Assembly (NCBI GenBank): GCA_046046955.1 | Contig: JBJOIV010000002.1 | Span: 1,102 to 65,101 of the forward strand | DNA from: Bacteroidota bacterium | GTDB taxonomy: Bacteria > Bacteroidota > Bacteroidia > Cytophagales > Spirosomataceae | DNA length: 64,000 bases | Reading direction: 5' to 3' | In this document: positions 1-9,738 of the stretch, piece by piece | Numbering within the stretch: the first letter of the stretch is position 1 | Layout: each line of letters opens with the position of its first letter | Position numbers and translations under genes: made by a program | Notes under the pieces: model-generated | The model's database searches: none | Seen by the model: the letters and a program-made list of their open reading frames with translations, nothing else | Told to the model about the DNA's origin: nothing

Positions 1-620
1 ATCAACACATTCTTGTCCCATTGCAATGGATGCGGGATTTGACCTTGTCTGATTCGACTGCAGTTTCTCGTTTTGATATTATGTTAGAGGAGGGAGTTAA
101 TGAGGTTCAAGTTCAAAAAAGTATTCAGCAGATCTTAGGTTCGAATTTTGGGGTCCAAACAAGGGATCAACAACACGCCATATTATTACGAGCCATCAAG
201 ATTGAAAAGCTGTTTGTCTTTATTCTTATGGCCTTTATTATGGGCATTGCCTCCTTTACCTTGTTCTATGCCTTATCGCTTCTTGTTATTGAGAAAAGAA
301 AGGACTTGAGAACCTTGCTGGCAATGGGAATTACACAACGTCAGTTATTGCGTATTTTCTTATTGGTGGGCCTATTTATTAGTTTCTCAGGGGCAGTTGT
401 CGGTATGGGACTTGGATTTGCTTTGGGCTGGATACAACAAACGTTCGGAATTATCCCTTTGGGAATCCCGAACGCTTTAATTGATGCCTATCCTATTCAA
501 ATGGAATGGCTTGATTTTCTGATGACCGCGCTAGTGGTGATTGTCATTACTTTTTTGGCCTCGATCATACCGGCCAGAAAAGCGGTTCAAATGACTTTTA
601 ATCAGCCAAAGGCGGATTAA
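1..620 (+). CDS. LolC/E-like FtsX-family ABC permease, 5'-truncated by the window edge
   Basis: Frame is open from position 3. C-terminal FtsX permease motifs (IKIEKLFVF, EKRKDLRTLLAMG, IIPARKA) and three TM helices. Confidence 0.85.
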   Translation, partial: QHILVPLQWMRDLTLSDSTAVSRFDIMLEEGVNEVQVQKSIQQILGSNFGVQTRDQQHAILLRAIKIEKLFVFILMAFIMGIASFTLFYALSLLVIEKRKDLRTLLAMGITQRQLLRIFLLVGLFISFSGAVVGMGLGFALGWIQQTFGIIPLGIPNALIDAYPIQMEWLDFLMTALVVIVITFLASIIPARKAVQMTFNQPKAD

Positions 621-1836
621 ATTCTCCTTCCCACTTCGATACCACACAAGTAGCAACTCCGTTTCCTGCAACAGAAGTTACCGTTCTACCCATATCTAAG
701 AATGGATCCACACCTAATAAAAGGGCGATTCCTTCTGCCGGTAGATTGAACATGGTTAATGTGCCGGCAATGATGACTAAAGAAGCGCGAGGTACACCTG
801 CGATACCTTTGGACGTAATCATTAAGGTTAATAACATCGTGATTTGTTGTTCTAAACTTAAATGAACGCCATAAGCTTGCGCAATAAAACCAGTGGCGAA
901 GGTCATGTATAACATGGAGCCATCTAAATTAAAGCTATAGCCTAGTGGTAACACAAAGCCTACAATTCGTCTGCTACATCCAAATTTCTCTAAGGCAGCA
1001 ATCGTTTGTGGGAAAGATGCCTCAGAACTAGCCGTCGAAAAGGAGATCAATAGAGCCTCTTTTAATTCTTTTAATAGTTTCCAATAAGGGATGCCATTCG
1101 CGATACAAATGATCCACAAGATCACAACGGTAAAGAATAATAGGCCACCCATAAAGCACAGCATCAAGTAGCCGTAGCTGATCAAAATACTTAGACCTTT
1201 ATTAGCCACAACAGTTGTCATAGCAGCGAATACGGCGTATGGTGCCACTTCCATCACATAATTCACCATTTTAAAGATGACCTCTGCTAGGTTTTCAATT
1301 ACATGTATCAAACGTTTTCCCACCTCGCCAATTGAACCCAAAGCAACGCCAAAGAAAAGGGAGAATATCACGATTTGAAGAATTTCATTTTCTGCTAAAG
1401 CTTTGAAAAAGCTATCCGGGAAAATATGTAGGATGAAGTCTTCCATTGTTTTAGCTTTCGAGGAATCGATACCCGTTTCCGTGCCTGCAGCGGGTTTAGG
1501 CCAGCTTTGAAGACTTCCAGGTTGTGTGATGTTCACCACCACAAGTCCAGTTACTAAGGAAAGAATGGTCGCAAAATAGAAATAACCAATCGTTTTAATA
1601 CCAATCCGGCCTACGGCCTTGAAATCACCCAATTTCGCAATTCCCACTACCAGTGTACAGAACACCAAGGGGCCTACAATCATTTTGATGAGGCGTAAGA
1701 ATATCTTAGATACTATTTGAACCTTAGCCCCTAAATCGTGGCTAACTTCTGGAGCAAAATAAAGGAAGAAGAATTCACCTAGCACTAGGCCAAGGATAAA
1801 TCCAATGATGATTTTATTCGTTAAGGTTAATTTCAT
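598..1836 (-). CDS. Dicarboxylate/amino acid:cation symporter (DAACS, GltP/DctA family)
   Basis: FSTASSEA, VLPLGYSFNLDGS and DMGRT motifs; multi-TM protein. Confidence 0.93.
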   Translation of the reverse strand: MKLTLTNKIIIGFILGLVLGEFFFLYFAPEVSHDLGAKVQIVSKIFLRLIKMIVGPLVFCTLVVGIAKLGDFKAVGRIGIKTIGYFYFATILSLVTGLVVVNITQPGSLQSWPKPAAGTETGIDSSKAKTMEDFILHIFPDSFFKALAENEILQIVIFSLFFGVALGSIGEVGKRLIHVIENLAEVIFKMVNYVMEVAPYAVFAAMTTVVANKGLSILISYGYLMLCFMGGLLFFTVVILWIICIANGIPYWKLLKELKEALLISFSTASSEASFPQTIAALEKFGCSRRIVGFVLPLGYSFNLDGSMLYMTFATGFIAQAYGVHLSLEQQITMLLTLMITSKGIAGVPRASLVIIAGTLTMFNLPAEGIALLLGVDPFLDMGRTVTSVAGNGVATCVVSKWEGEFNPPLAD

Positions 1837-1838
1837 TT

Positions 1839-2288
1839 TTAGCTGATGAGGGATAAGTATTTTTTATAAAGAGGTTTACGGTAAAAAATCATTCCCCAAA
1901 GAAAAGGGAAAAGTAGGTAATTCAAAAACGTCATTCCCGTATCAAAGGAAATTTCATCGATAATCAGGCTATGAAGAGGGTGTACCTCTTTTATCCGGTG
2001 CTTGTGTCTCCAAAAACGCAGGCCAAATGGCATTTCAACTCCTTCATCCACAAAATACCATTCCTCAGGCGTGTCATTTTCTGCTGTAATCAGTGAGCTC
2101 CAGGTGAGCTTCGTCAGGAGTAGATTGATTTTCAGAATTACCTGATCGTCCTTTTTACATCCATCAAATCTTTCCAATGAAACTTGAGGAAATGGGGGCG
2201 ACAACTTCAGTAATAAGTCTGAAGTAAAATGTTCCTTTATGTGAGAGAGGGGAGCCTTTACGGGGCTGGAGAGGGTGAAGGATAGCAT
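1839..2288 (-). CDS. SRPBCC-family ligand-binding protein
   Basis: 149 aa with FVDEG..PF..W.H.H.I and D.I.F patterns. Confidence 0.75.
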   Translation of the reverse strand: MLSFTLSSPVKAPLSHIKEHFTSDLLLKLSPPFPQVSLERFDGCKKDDQVILKINLLLTKLTWSSLITAENDTPEEWYFVDEGVEMPFGLRFWRHKHRIKEVHPLHSLIIDEISFDTGMTFLNYLLFPFLWGMIFYRKPLYKKYLSLIS

Positions 2289-2289
2289 A

Positions 2290-2565
2290 TTAGGCTACCA
2301 AAAGTTTAAGCAGCGTCGCAAACAATAATTTAATGCCCGTGGCAATGTATTTTGCTACGCTCATTTGCTCTTCCGTCGTATCAGAAACATCCTGATCCGG
2401 ACTGCCTTCTTCCTGCGAAACAATCCTCTGGGGTTTGTTCGCCATCATTCTGGCAGACGAATCTGTTTGTATCGTTTTCGCCTTCGGGTTTAGGGCAGAA
2501 TACTCTACACGACCAAAATTGCAGAAAAATAGAATCGTTATAATTCCGATGAATCCTTTTTTCAT
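2290..2565 (-). CDS. Small hypothetical protein with hydrophobic N- and C-termini
   Basis: MKK start, packed within the operon (4-bp overlap and 1-bp gap). Confidence 0.6.
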   Translation of the reverse strand: MKKGFIGIITILFFCNFGRVEYSALNPKAKTIQTDSSARMMANKPQRIVSQEEGSPDQDVSDTTEEQMSVAKYIATGIKLLFATLLKLLVA

Positions 2566-3233
2566 TTAATTTTTTGTTTTGCTGCTTCTACCGCTAGTTT
2601 TTGTGCTGCGATTTCGCCCTCTTTCGTCTTTTGGTCTAATTTATTCTGCACTTGATTCGTAAGAATCTTCTCTTTCTCGATTTTAGCTTCTTTTAAACGC
2701 TCCTCTAAATTATTTATTTGACGCGCATTAGAGTCTAATTCACGAATCAAACGCTCGGCTTGCTTACTGTTTTTAGCTTGTGCGGCGATAAGTTCGGCTA
2801 ATTTGTTTTCTTCCACTCTGACCCCTTCTTCTAAATCAACAATTTTGATAAAATCTTCAATCCAAGTGCTTGCTTCGCTTAGTTTCGCATGCCCAGTTTG
2901 AATGTATTCATCCGCACCAGTCGCGATGGAAATGAATAATTTTACTTTTTTATTCTCTTCTGAAACTTTAGAAACCACGGTTAAAGGCTTATCTGAGATG
3001 CTCGCAATCTGAATATCAGAACTCGCAAACGTTCCATTTTTCCCCTCTACTACTTTACCAAATTTGCTTAAATACGCTTTCCAGCTAGCTCTCGCATACT
3101 TTTCTTGTGTATTCACAAAGGTGTAGACTCCTTCTTTTTTAGATTTATCTACTTCAGACATACCTGTAAAAACTTGTGACTTAGCAGAGAAGCTGCCAAT
3201 TGAAAGTAGAAGTAGAACAAGGATCTTTTTCAT
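2562..3233 (-). CDS. Secreted hypothetical protein with C-terminal coiled coil
   Basis: Sec signal (MKKILVLLLLSIGSFSAKSQ) and E/K/A-rich heptad C-terminus. Confidence 0.75.
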   Translation of the reverse strand: MKKILVLLLLSIGSFSAKSQVFTGMSEVDKSKKEGVYTFVNTQEKYARASWKAYLSKFGKVVEGKNGTFASSDIQIASISDKPLTVVSKVSEENKKVKLFISIATGADEYIQTGHAKLSEASTWIEDFIKIVDLEEGVRVEENKLAELIAAQAKNSKQAERLIRELDSNARQINNLEERLKEAKIEKEKILTNQVQNKLDQKTKEGEIAAQKLAVEAAKQKIK

Positions 3234-3255
3234 AGAGACGAATTTTTTATTAAAG

Positions 3256-4419
3256 TTAGGAGATTTTTTTAGCTAGGACAACCCTGTTTTTGTTAGAAAA
3301 ATCACGGAAAGCAAAAAGAGTAAATTCTCCACCGTCTTTTAGCTGAAATTTCTTTCGAATTTCGTCCGCATTGATGGGGAAATTTCGGGTAGAAATATTC
3401 GCTTTTTTCCCTGGCAGCACTTCTTGTAACCATTTTTTGTCCAAAGCACCTTCTGCTATCACCTGAAACGCTCTACCAGGGAATTTAGTATCTGCCACTT
3501 CCGAAGTGTAGAGATGTGTATTAGGAGCAATCTTTTTGACACTAGCGCTTACAGTCTTGAAGAATCCACCTTTTAGAATACCTGCATGTGGTTCATATAG
3601 GTAGTTTTTGCAATCACTGAATTTGATATCCGATTGCGTTTCACTTGATTTTTTTGCCTTGAAAAGAAGCGGATTTTCTTGATTCAATTCAATGATACTG
3701 ATTTCTGGATCCTCTGAAGAATGATTCGTTTTGAGAAAAAGCAATTCTTTTACCTCATTCTTGATACAAATAACATAGACTTTTTCTACCCCCTGCAATT
3801 CTTTAATGGCTCTATCTATATCGAGCAGAGGGCTTGTTTTTATCAACAAGCTGGTTTTTTCAGTGATAAGAGGGATTAATTCGATGGCATTCGGTTCACA
3901 ATCTTGTAACAAAACCACTTTATTTCCCGCTTTATCTCTTCTAGCTGGGTCTACATAGATGAAATCAAAGGCGTCCTTCTGTTGTTTTAGCCAGGTAAGA
4001 CTATCCGAAGCGTGATGTTTAATGCGACCAGCATTCAGTTGTTGGTGATTATAGGCCGTGATTTGTGCTAAATCCGCTTGCCTTTCTATGTAATCGACAT
4101 CGCAACCAGCTTGAGCAAAGGCAAAGGAATCTAATCCCATTCCGCCTGTTAAATCGACAATTTTACCTTTGACAAGGCTAGCTTTATAGTGCGCCGTTAC
4201 TTCAGAGGAGGATTGTTCTAATGCCAAAGAGGGAGGAAAAAATACCTTTTCATTCGCCACCCATTGAGGCATTTTGTCTTTGAGTTTTTGTCTGGCTTTT
4301 ATTTGGCCTACTAGTTTAGGGATATCTAAATCAGGGTATTTCGATGCATCTAAGGCAATCGAGACAGGATCTCGATGGAGGTTCTCATGTATAAATTGAA
4401 TTTCAGTTTCTAGAAGCAT
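3256..4419 (-). CDS. Class I SAM-dependent methyltransferase with THUMP-like C-terminal domain
   Basis: EQSSSE, VDLTGGMGLD, YVDPARR and IKTSPLLD motifs. Confidence 0.88.
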   Translation of the reverse strand: MLLETEIQFIHENLHRDPVSIALDASKYPDLDIPKLVGQIKARQKLKDKMPQWVANEKVFFPPSLALEQSSSEVTAHYKASLVKGKIVDLTGGMGLDSFAFAQAGCDVDYIERQADLAQITAYNHQQLNAGRIKHHASDSLTWLKQQKDAFDFIYVDPARRDKAGNKVVLLQDCEPNAIELIPLITEKTSLLIKTSPLLDIDRAIKELQGVEKVYVICIKNEVKELLFLKTNHSSEDPEISIIELNQENPLLFKAKKSSETQSDIKFSDCKNYLYEPHAGILKGGFFKTVSASVKKIAPNTHLYTSEVADTKFPGRAFQVIAEGALDKKWLQEVLPGKKANISTRNFPINADEIRKKFQLKDGGEFTLFAFRDFSNKNRVVLAKKIS

Positions 4420-4464
4420 CCCCTAAAATTAGCACCTCTGCTTTGATTATTTTTATATAAATTA

Positions 4465-5058
4465 GTGAAATTGAATAAATATCAGATGACTGGATTAATA
4501 TTAGCGGCAGGAGCATCGTCTCGTTTAGGGGAAGCAAAACAATTATTAGTTTATCAGGGCCAAAGCCTCTTAGAGCGATCTATCCGTCTCGCATTCAGCG
4601 TTTGCCAGGAAGTAGTGGTGTGTTTAGGAGCCGAGGTAAAACAAACGGTAACAATAATCGAAAAATTACAGAAAGAATTTCCCTCCCTTTCCTATGTTGA
4701 AATTGAAAATTGGGAAAAAGGAATGGGGGAATCCTTGTCCGTAGGATTAAAAACCATAGATTCAGCCAATGATGTGCTCGTATTATTGTGCGATTTGCCT
4801 TTTTTAACGAATGCACACATGAAAAATATCATCTCCTTGGTTAATCCCGAAAGAGCCATTGTCGCCTCTTTTCAAGGAGTTAATTCGCCTCCCGTATTAA
4901 TCCCAAGTGCATTGCGCCCCTTATTTAGAAACTGGAGCGGAGATCAGGGTTTGGGTAAATTTTGGCGTTTAAACCCTATGCTGTGCGAAATCATTCACTT
5001 TTCTGATAAATTTCGGGACGTCGATGTGCCGGAAGATCGGGAGTATTGGGGGATTTAA
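4465..5058 (+). CDS. Nucleotidyltransferase (MocA/MobA-like NTP_transf_3)
   Basis: LILAAGASSRLG..KQLL, W..GM..S, LCDLP, GDQG and DVD motifs. The start may be the ATG 21 nt downstream. Confidence 0.88.
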   Translation: MKLNKYQMTGLILAAGASSRLGEAKQLLVYQGQSLLERSIRLAFSVCQEVVVCLGAEVKQTVTIIEKLQKEFPSLSYVEIENWEKGMGESLSVGLKTIDSANDVLVLLCDLPFLTNAHMKNIISLVNPERAIVASFQGVNSPPVLIPSALRPLFRNWSGDQGLGKFWRLNPMLCEIIHFSDKFRDVDVPEDREYWGI

Positions 5059-5102
5059 AACAAAAGCCTGTGGTTACTACCACAGGCTTTTGTTTTAAAT
5101 CC
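5051..5102. repeat. Perfect 24-bp inverted repeat overlapping the nucleotidyltransferase stop (probably also a terminator)
   Basis: GGATTTAAAACAAAAGCCTGTGGT-tact-ACCACAGGCTTTTGTTTTAAATCC. Confidence 0.95.
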
Positions 5103-5253
5103 AAAGACCAAAGCACAAAGCACAAAGCACAAAGTTTGTATTCGCTGCGCGAATGACTTTATGAAATGCTTTACAATTGAGAGTAGAGATTATAGACTAA
5201 AGATATTGGCTGTGTTTTCTCTCTACTCTCTACTCTTTACTCTTTGCTCTCTA
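5102..5253. repeat. Heptamer tandem arrays, site 1
   Basis: 5x CAAAGNN (5102-5136), 4x TNNAGAN (5177-5204) and an inverted 5x CTCTYTR (5219-5253). Confidence 0.92.
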
Positions 5254-5273
5254 CTATAGATTTCCTATCTTTG
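5243..5273 (+). promoter_or_regulatory. Bacteroidota primary-sigma promoter of purL
   Basis: TTTG(5243-5246)-N19-TATCTTTG(5266-5273) matches TTTG-N19-21-TAnnTTTG. Confidence 0.7.
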
Positions 5274-5297
5274 CATTTCAATTTTAAACTCAATTAA

Positions 5298-7529
5298 GTG
5301 GAATCAATCGAAACCCTTCCCACCGTCGAAACAGCCAAAAAATTAGGATTATTGCCCGAAGAGTATGATCGCATTCAAGAGATTTTAGGTCGTAAACCTA
5401 ATTTCACCGAATTGTCGATTTTCTCAGTTATGTGGTCTGAGCATTGTTCTTATAAGAATTCAATCGTTTGGTTGAAGACTTTGCCCAAAGACTCTCCACG
5501 TATGTTAGCCAAGGCTGGCGAGGAAAATGCGGGTTTAGTGGATTTAGGAGATGGTTTAGGTTGTGCATTTAAGATTGAATCGCATAATCACCCGTCTGCG
5601 CTTGAGCCTTACCAAGGTGCGGCGACTGGTGTGGGTGGTATCAACCGTGATATTTTCACGATGGGTGCGCGTCCGATTGCGCAATTGAATTCATTGCGTT
5701 TTGGAAATATTGATTTAGCCAAAACGAAGTGGTTAGTGAAAGGTGTCGTGAAGGGGATTGGTGATTATGGTAATGCCTTTGGAATTCCTACTGTAGGTGG
5801 TGAGGTTCAATTTGATGATTGTTATAATGTGAATCCGCTAGTAAATGCGTTTTCTGCGGGTATATTAAAAGTAGGAACGCAGGCATCTGCTATTTCCTAT
5901 GGCGTGGGTAACCCGGTATTTATTGTGGGTTCTGCGACTGGTAAAGATGGAATCGGTGGAGCGAGTTTTGCATCGGAGGATATCACGGCGAAATCGTCGG
6001 AGAAATTGCCTGCGGTTCAAGTAGGGGATCCATTCCAAGAGAAATTGTTGTTAGAGGCTTCTTTGGAAATCATCGAAGCAGGATGTGTGATTGGTATTCA
6101 AGATATGGGTGCAGCGGGTATAATCTGCTCGACGTCTGAAATGTCTGCGAAAGGTGAGCATGGGATGATTATTGATCTTTCCAAAGTGCCTACGCGTCAA
6201 GCGAATATGCAACCATTTGAGATTCTATTATCCGAGTCTCAAGAGCGTATGTTAATCGTAGTAGAGAAAGGGCGTGAGCACGAGGCTAAACGCATTTTTG
6301 ATAAATGGGATCTAAACTGTGAGCAAATCGGTACTGTTACGGATACGAAACGTCTTGAATTTTATCAAGATGGTGTTTTAGTAGCGGATGTACCCGCGGA
6401 TGATTTAGTATTAGGTGGTGGAGCTCCGGTTTATCACCGTGAATACAAAGAGCCTGCTTACTACCAAGAATTCAAGAAATTTAAAATCGATTCAGTAGTT
6501 GATTTGCCGAAGGAAGAATTACCTAATGCCTTGAACTACATGATGAATCACCCAAATATCGCTTCGAAGAAGTGGGTGGCTCAACAATACGATTCATCGA
6601 TTGGTCGTGCGAACCGTAACACTAATGCGCCTTCGGATGCGGCTGTCGTGAAAGTACACGGATCACAAAAATCGATTGTTATAACAGTAGATTGTAACTC
6701 ACGTTATGTAAATGCGGATCCGGAAGAAGGATGTGCGATGGCAGTGGCGGAAGCAGCTCGTAATATTGTCTGCTCAGGCGGTGTTCCGGTGGCGATTACG
6801 AACTGCTTGAACTTTGGCAATCCATATGTTCCAGAAGTATACTGGCAATTCGTGGGTGCGATCAAGGGTATGAAGAAATCTTGTGAGGCGTTTGAGACTC
6901 CGGTAACAGGAGGTAACGTTTCCTTCTACAATCAATCATCTGATGAAGGTCCGGTATTCCCAACGCCGACGATTGGTATGTTAGGTATTCTAGAGAAGCC
7001 AGAGAATAAGATGACGTTGGACTTCAAAAAAGAGGGCGATGCCATCTATTTAGTAGGGGAGTCGGTGAATGATATTGCTTCGTCTGAATATGTCTATTCA
7101 TACAAAGGGATCAAAGCAACTCCAGCACCGCATTTTGATCTAGCGACAGAACAGAAATTACAAAAGGCAATTACGTCTTTAATTGAAAATAAATTAATCG
7201 AATCAGCTCACGACGTTTCGGATGGTGGTTTATTAGTGACTTTGGCGGAGTCTGCTTTCCCTCGTGGATTAGGATTCAGTGTAAACTCAGATGCTTCGAT
7301 TCGCCAGGATGCTTTCTGGTTCGGTGAAGCCCAATCTCGTGTGGTTGTTTCAGTGGATGCTACTAAAAAAGCAGCTTTTGAGTCAGCTTTGCAAACACAA
7401 GGAGTTAAGTTCTCTGCGTTAGGATCTGTTCAAGGAACTGATATTATCGCTGATGGAGCAAAATTATCAACAGTAGCTGCAGCTTATCAATCTTTTGATA
7501 CGGCTTTAGAAGCTGCATTAATGAAATAA
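5298..7529 (+). CDS. purL: Phosphoribosylformylglycinamidine synthase subunit PurL
   Basis: WSEHCSYK, KIESHNHPS, QDMGAAG, LLSESQERM and GGNVSFYN motifs. Confidence 0.98.
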   Translation: MESIETLPTVETAKKLGLLPEEYDRIQEILGRKPNFTELSIFSVMWSEHCSYKNSIVWLKTLPKDSPRMLAKAGEENAGLVDLGDGLGCAFKIESHNHPSALEPYQGAATGVGGINRDIFTMGARPIAQLNSLRFGNIDLAKTKWLVKGVVKGIGDYGNAFGIPTVGGEVQFDDCYNVNPLVNAFSAGILKVGTQASAISYGVGNPVFIVGSATGKDGIGGASFASEDITAKSSEKLPAVQVGDPFQEKLLLEASLEIIEAGCVIGIQDMGAAGIICSTSEMSAKGEHGMIIDLSKVPTRQANMQPFEILLSESQERMLIVVEKGREHEAKRIFDKWDLNCEQIGTVTDTKRLEFYQDGVLVADVPADDLVLGGGAPVYHREYKEPAYYQEFKKFKIDSVVDLPKEELPNALNYMMNHPNIASKKWVAQQYDSSIGRANRNTNAPSDAAVVKVHGSQKSIVITVDCNSRYVNADPEEGCAMAVAEAARNIVCSGGVPVAITNCLNFGNPYVPEVYWQFVGAIKGMKKSCEAFETPVTGGNVSFYNQSSDEGPVFPTPTIGMLGILEKPENKMTLDFKKEGDAIYLVGESVNDIASSEYVYSYKGIKATPAPHFDLATEQKLQKAITSLIENKLIESAHDVSDGGLLVTLAESAFPRGLGFSVNSDASIRQDAFWFGEAQSRVVVSVDATKKAAFESALQTQGVKFSALGSVQGTDIIADGAKLSTVAAAYQSFDTALEAALMK

Positions 7530-7534
7530 ATAAA

Positions 7535-8299
7535 ATGAGCCGCTATCTAATCGCATTTTCGTACGATGGCGGCTCTTTTCATGGCTACCAAATTCAGCCA
7601 AATGCAACAACAGTTCAGTCGGTTTTGCAGGATAAATTAAGTCTTTTATTGGGCTCTCCGTTGGAAATCGTGGGTAGTTCTCGTACCGACACGGGGGTGC
7701 ATGCACACGAACAATTTGCGCATTTTGATCTGCCCGCTGGTAAAACAGTGAAAGAAAATTGGGTTTTTCGACTTAATCGGATGCTGCCAGATTCTTTAGC
7801 GGTGCAAGGCATTTACCAAGTAGCGGATGATTTCCATGCCCGATTCGCAGCTCTTTCGCGTACCTACGAATACCGCATTAGTCCGTTGAAAAGTCCCTTT
7901 AATAGCCAATACGCCTACCGTTTCGGTGTCGAATTAGATGTAGCGGCTATGAATGAGGCAGCGTCCTTGTTTTTTCAGCATACTGATTACCAATGCTTCT
8001 CGAAGGTAAAGACGGAGGTAACCACATTTAATTGTACGATTTTACAGGCTTTCTGGGCCTATCGAGGTGATGAATTGATTTTTACGATTCAAGGTAATCG
8101 ATTCCTGCGAGGCATGGTTCGTGCCGTAGTGGGTACTTTATTAGAAGTAGGGCAGGGGCGCTTATCTAATAAGCAATTACAAGAAATACTCGATTCAAAA
8201 GACCGGTGCAAAGCAGGTCGCGCAGTTCCAGCCCACGGGCTTCATCTGCTGAAAGTAGAATACCCTTCGTCTACTTTTGACGCCAAATGTGCAGGATAA
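7535..8299 (+). CDS. truA: tRNA pseudouridine(38-40) synthase
   Basis: YDG..FHGYQ.Q, SSRTDTGVHA and FLRGMVR motifs. Confidence 0.97.
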   Translation: MSRYLIAFSYDGGSFHGYQIQPNATTVQSVLQDKLSLLLGSPLEIVGSSRTDTGVHAHEQFAHFDLPAGKTVKENWVFRLNRMLPDSLAVQGIYQVADDFHARFAALSRTYEYRISPLKSPFNSQYAYRFGVELDVAAMNEAASLFFQHTDYQCFSKVKTEVTTFNCTILQAFWAYRGDELIFTIQGNRFLRGMVRAVVGTLLEVGQGRLSNKQLQEILDSKDRCKAGRAVPAHGLHLLKVEYPSSTFDAKCAG

Positions 8300-9650
8300 C
8301 ATCTAATAAGGTGGCTGCAGATTGCACTTTGATCTTATTCGCTTTGTAATTCAACCCTTTCAGGTTGTATTTACTGATCCAAATCTCCTTAAATCCCAAT
8401 TTTTCTGCCTCAGCGATGCGCTGATCGATGCGCGTAACGGATCTCAATTCTCCTCCTAATCCGACCTCAGCTGCGAAACAGATCGATGAATCGATGATTT
8501 TGTCCTCATAGGAAGATACGAGGGACATGCAAGTAGCTAAATCCAAGGCAGGGTCATCCACTCGAATACCCCCAGTAATATTTAAGAAAACGTCTTGCGT
8601 TGCTAATTTATAGCCACCCCTTTTCTCTAATACCGCGATCAACATGCTCAATCGCTTTCCATCATAACCGTTTGCGGTTCTTTGCGCATTCCCATAAGAG
8701 GACGCACTTACCAAGGATTGTATTTCCACTAAAAGCGGGCGATTTCCTTCCATTAAGGTACCGATGGAGATACCCGACGAAGGTTCGTCGCGTTGGGATA
8801 GAAGAATCTCGGAGGGGTTAGTCACGGGTCTTAGGCCACTTCCTAGCATTTCGTAAATGCCTAATTCAGAGGTGGAACCAAAACGATTTTTCGTCGTACG
8901 CAAAATTCGGTAGATCATGTGGCGATCTCCTTCGAATTGAAGTACGGTATCAACCAAGTGCTCTAAAACCTTAGGACCAGCGATGGAACCTTCTTTGGTA
9001 ATATGTCCCACTAAGAAGATAGGAGTGCCACTCTCTTTCGCAAAACGCATTAGCTCCAAGGCACATTCTCTAATCTGAGACACGGAACCTGGGCCTGATT
9101 CGATTTGATCTGAAAATAAGGTCTGTATGGAATCCACTATGATTAATTCTGGCTCTAGGTCGACTAGATGGCGGAAAATGGATTGCGTATTCGTCTCAGT
9201 TAAGATGTATAAGGAGTCAGATTTTGCAGCTAAGCGATCTGCTCTCAGTTTGATTTGCTGCTCAGATTCTTCGCCAGTTACGTATAAAACACGTGTTTGG
9301 GTTAAAGAAAGGGCAACTTGTAATAGAAGCGTTGATTTTCCGATGCCTGGTTCGCCACCGATTAAAACGAGTGAGCCAGGAACGATTCCACCACCTAAAA
9401 CGCGGTTGAATTCAGGATCTGAACAGGTAAGTTTAGGTAGGTTTTCGAAGCTAACTTCGTTTAATAATTTCGGTTTTGCAGTTGATTTAGGACTTCCTTT
9501 GGTCTTCCAAACTTCCGCCGGATGCACCGTCGCTTCCACTAATTCCTCCACGAAGGTATTCCATTCTCCACAAGAGGGGCACTTGCCCAGCCACTTAGGG
9601 GCAGAATGTCCACAGGATTGACAAAAAAAGGAGGTTTTAGCTTTGGCCAC
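8271..9650 (-). CDS. radA: DNA repair protein RadA/Sms
   Basis: C4 zinc finger, GEPGIGKST and KNRFG. Probable GTG start at 9650 (MAKAKTSFFC). Confidence 0.97.
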   Translation of the reverse strand: MAKAKTSFFCQSCGHSAPKWLGKCPSCGEWNTFVEELVEATVHPAEVWKTKGSPKSTAKPKLLNEVSFENLPKLTCSDPEFNRVLGGGIVPGSLVLIGGEPGIGKSTLLLQVALSLTQTRVLYVTGEESEQQIKLRADRLAAKSDSLYILTETNTQSIFRHLVDLEPELIIVDSIQTLFSDQIESGPGSVSQIRECALELMRFAKESGTPIFLVGHITKEGSIAGPKVLEHLVDTVLQFEGDRHMIYRILRTTKNRFGSTSELGIYEMLGSGLRPVTNPSEILLSQRDEPSSGISIGTLMEGNRPLLVEIQSLVSASSYGNAQRTANGYDGKRLSMLIAVLEKRGGYKLATQDVFLNITGGIRVDDPALDLATCMSLVSSYEDKIIDSSICFAAEVGLGGELRSVTRIDQRIAEAEKLGFKEIWISKYNLKGLNYKANKIKVQSAATLLDVILHIWRQK

Positions 9651-9738
9651 GATTATACGATTTGTGCTCAAAAATACGTTTTGATTTCGGTTTTTTCTTT
9701 TTTTTCGGATGAAAAAGGATAATTTTACAAGTTAATTA

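Noticed and set aside
5102-5253. Heptamer arrays as small coding peptides or assembly artefacts
   Set aside because: The 7-bp period is not a multiple of three, the units are degenerate rather than identical, and the layout recurs at four sites.
9127-9621. 164-aa plus-strand ORF and the many other 60-115 aa ORFs nested in or antisense to real genes
   Set aside because: They are shadow frames of well-supported genes with no motifs.
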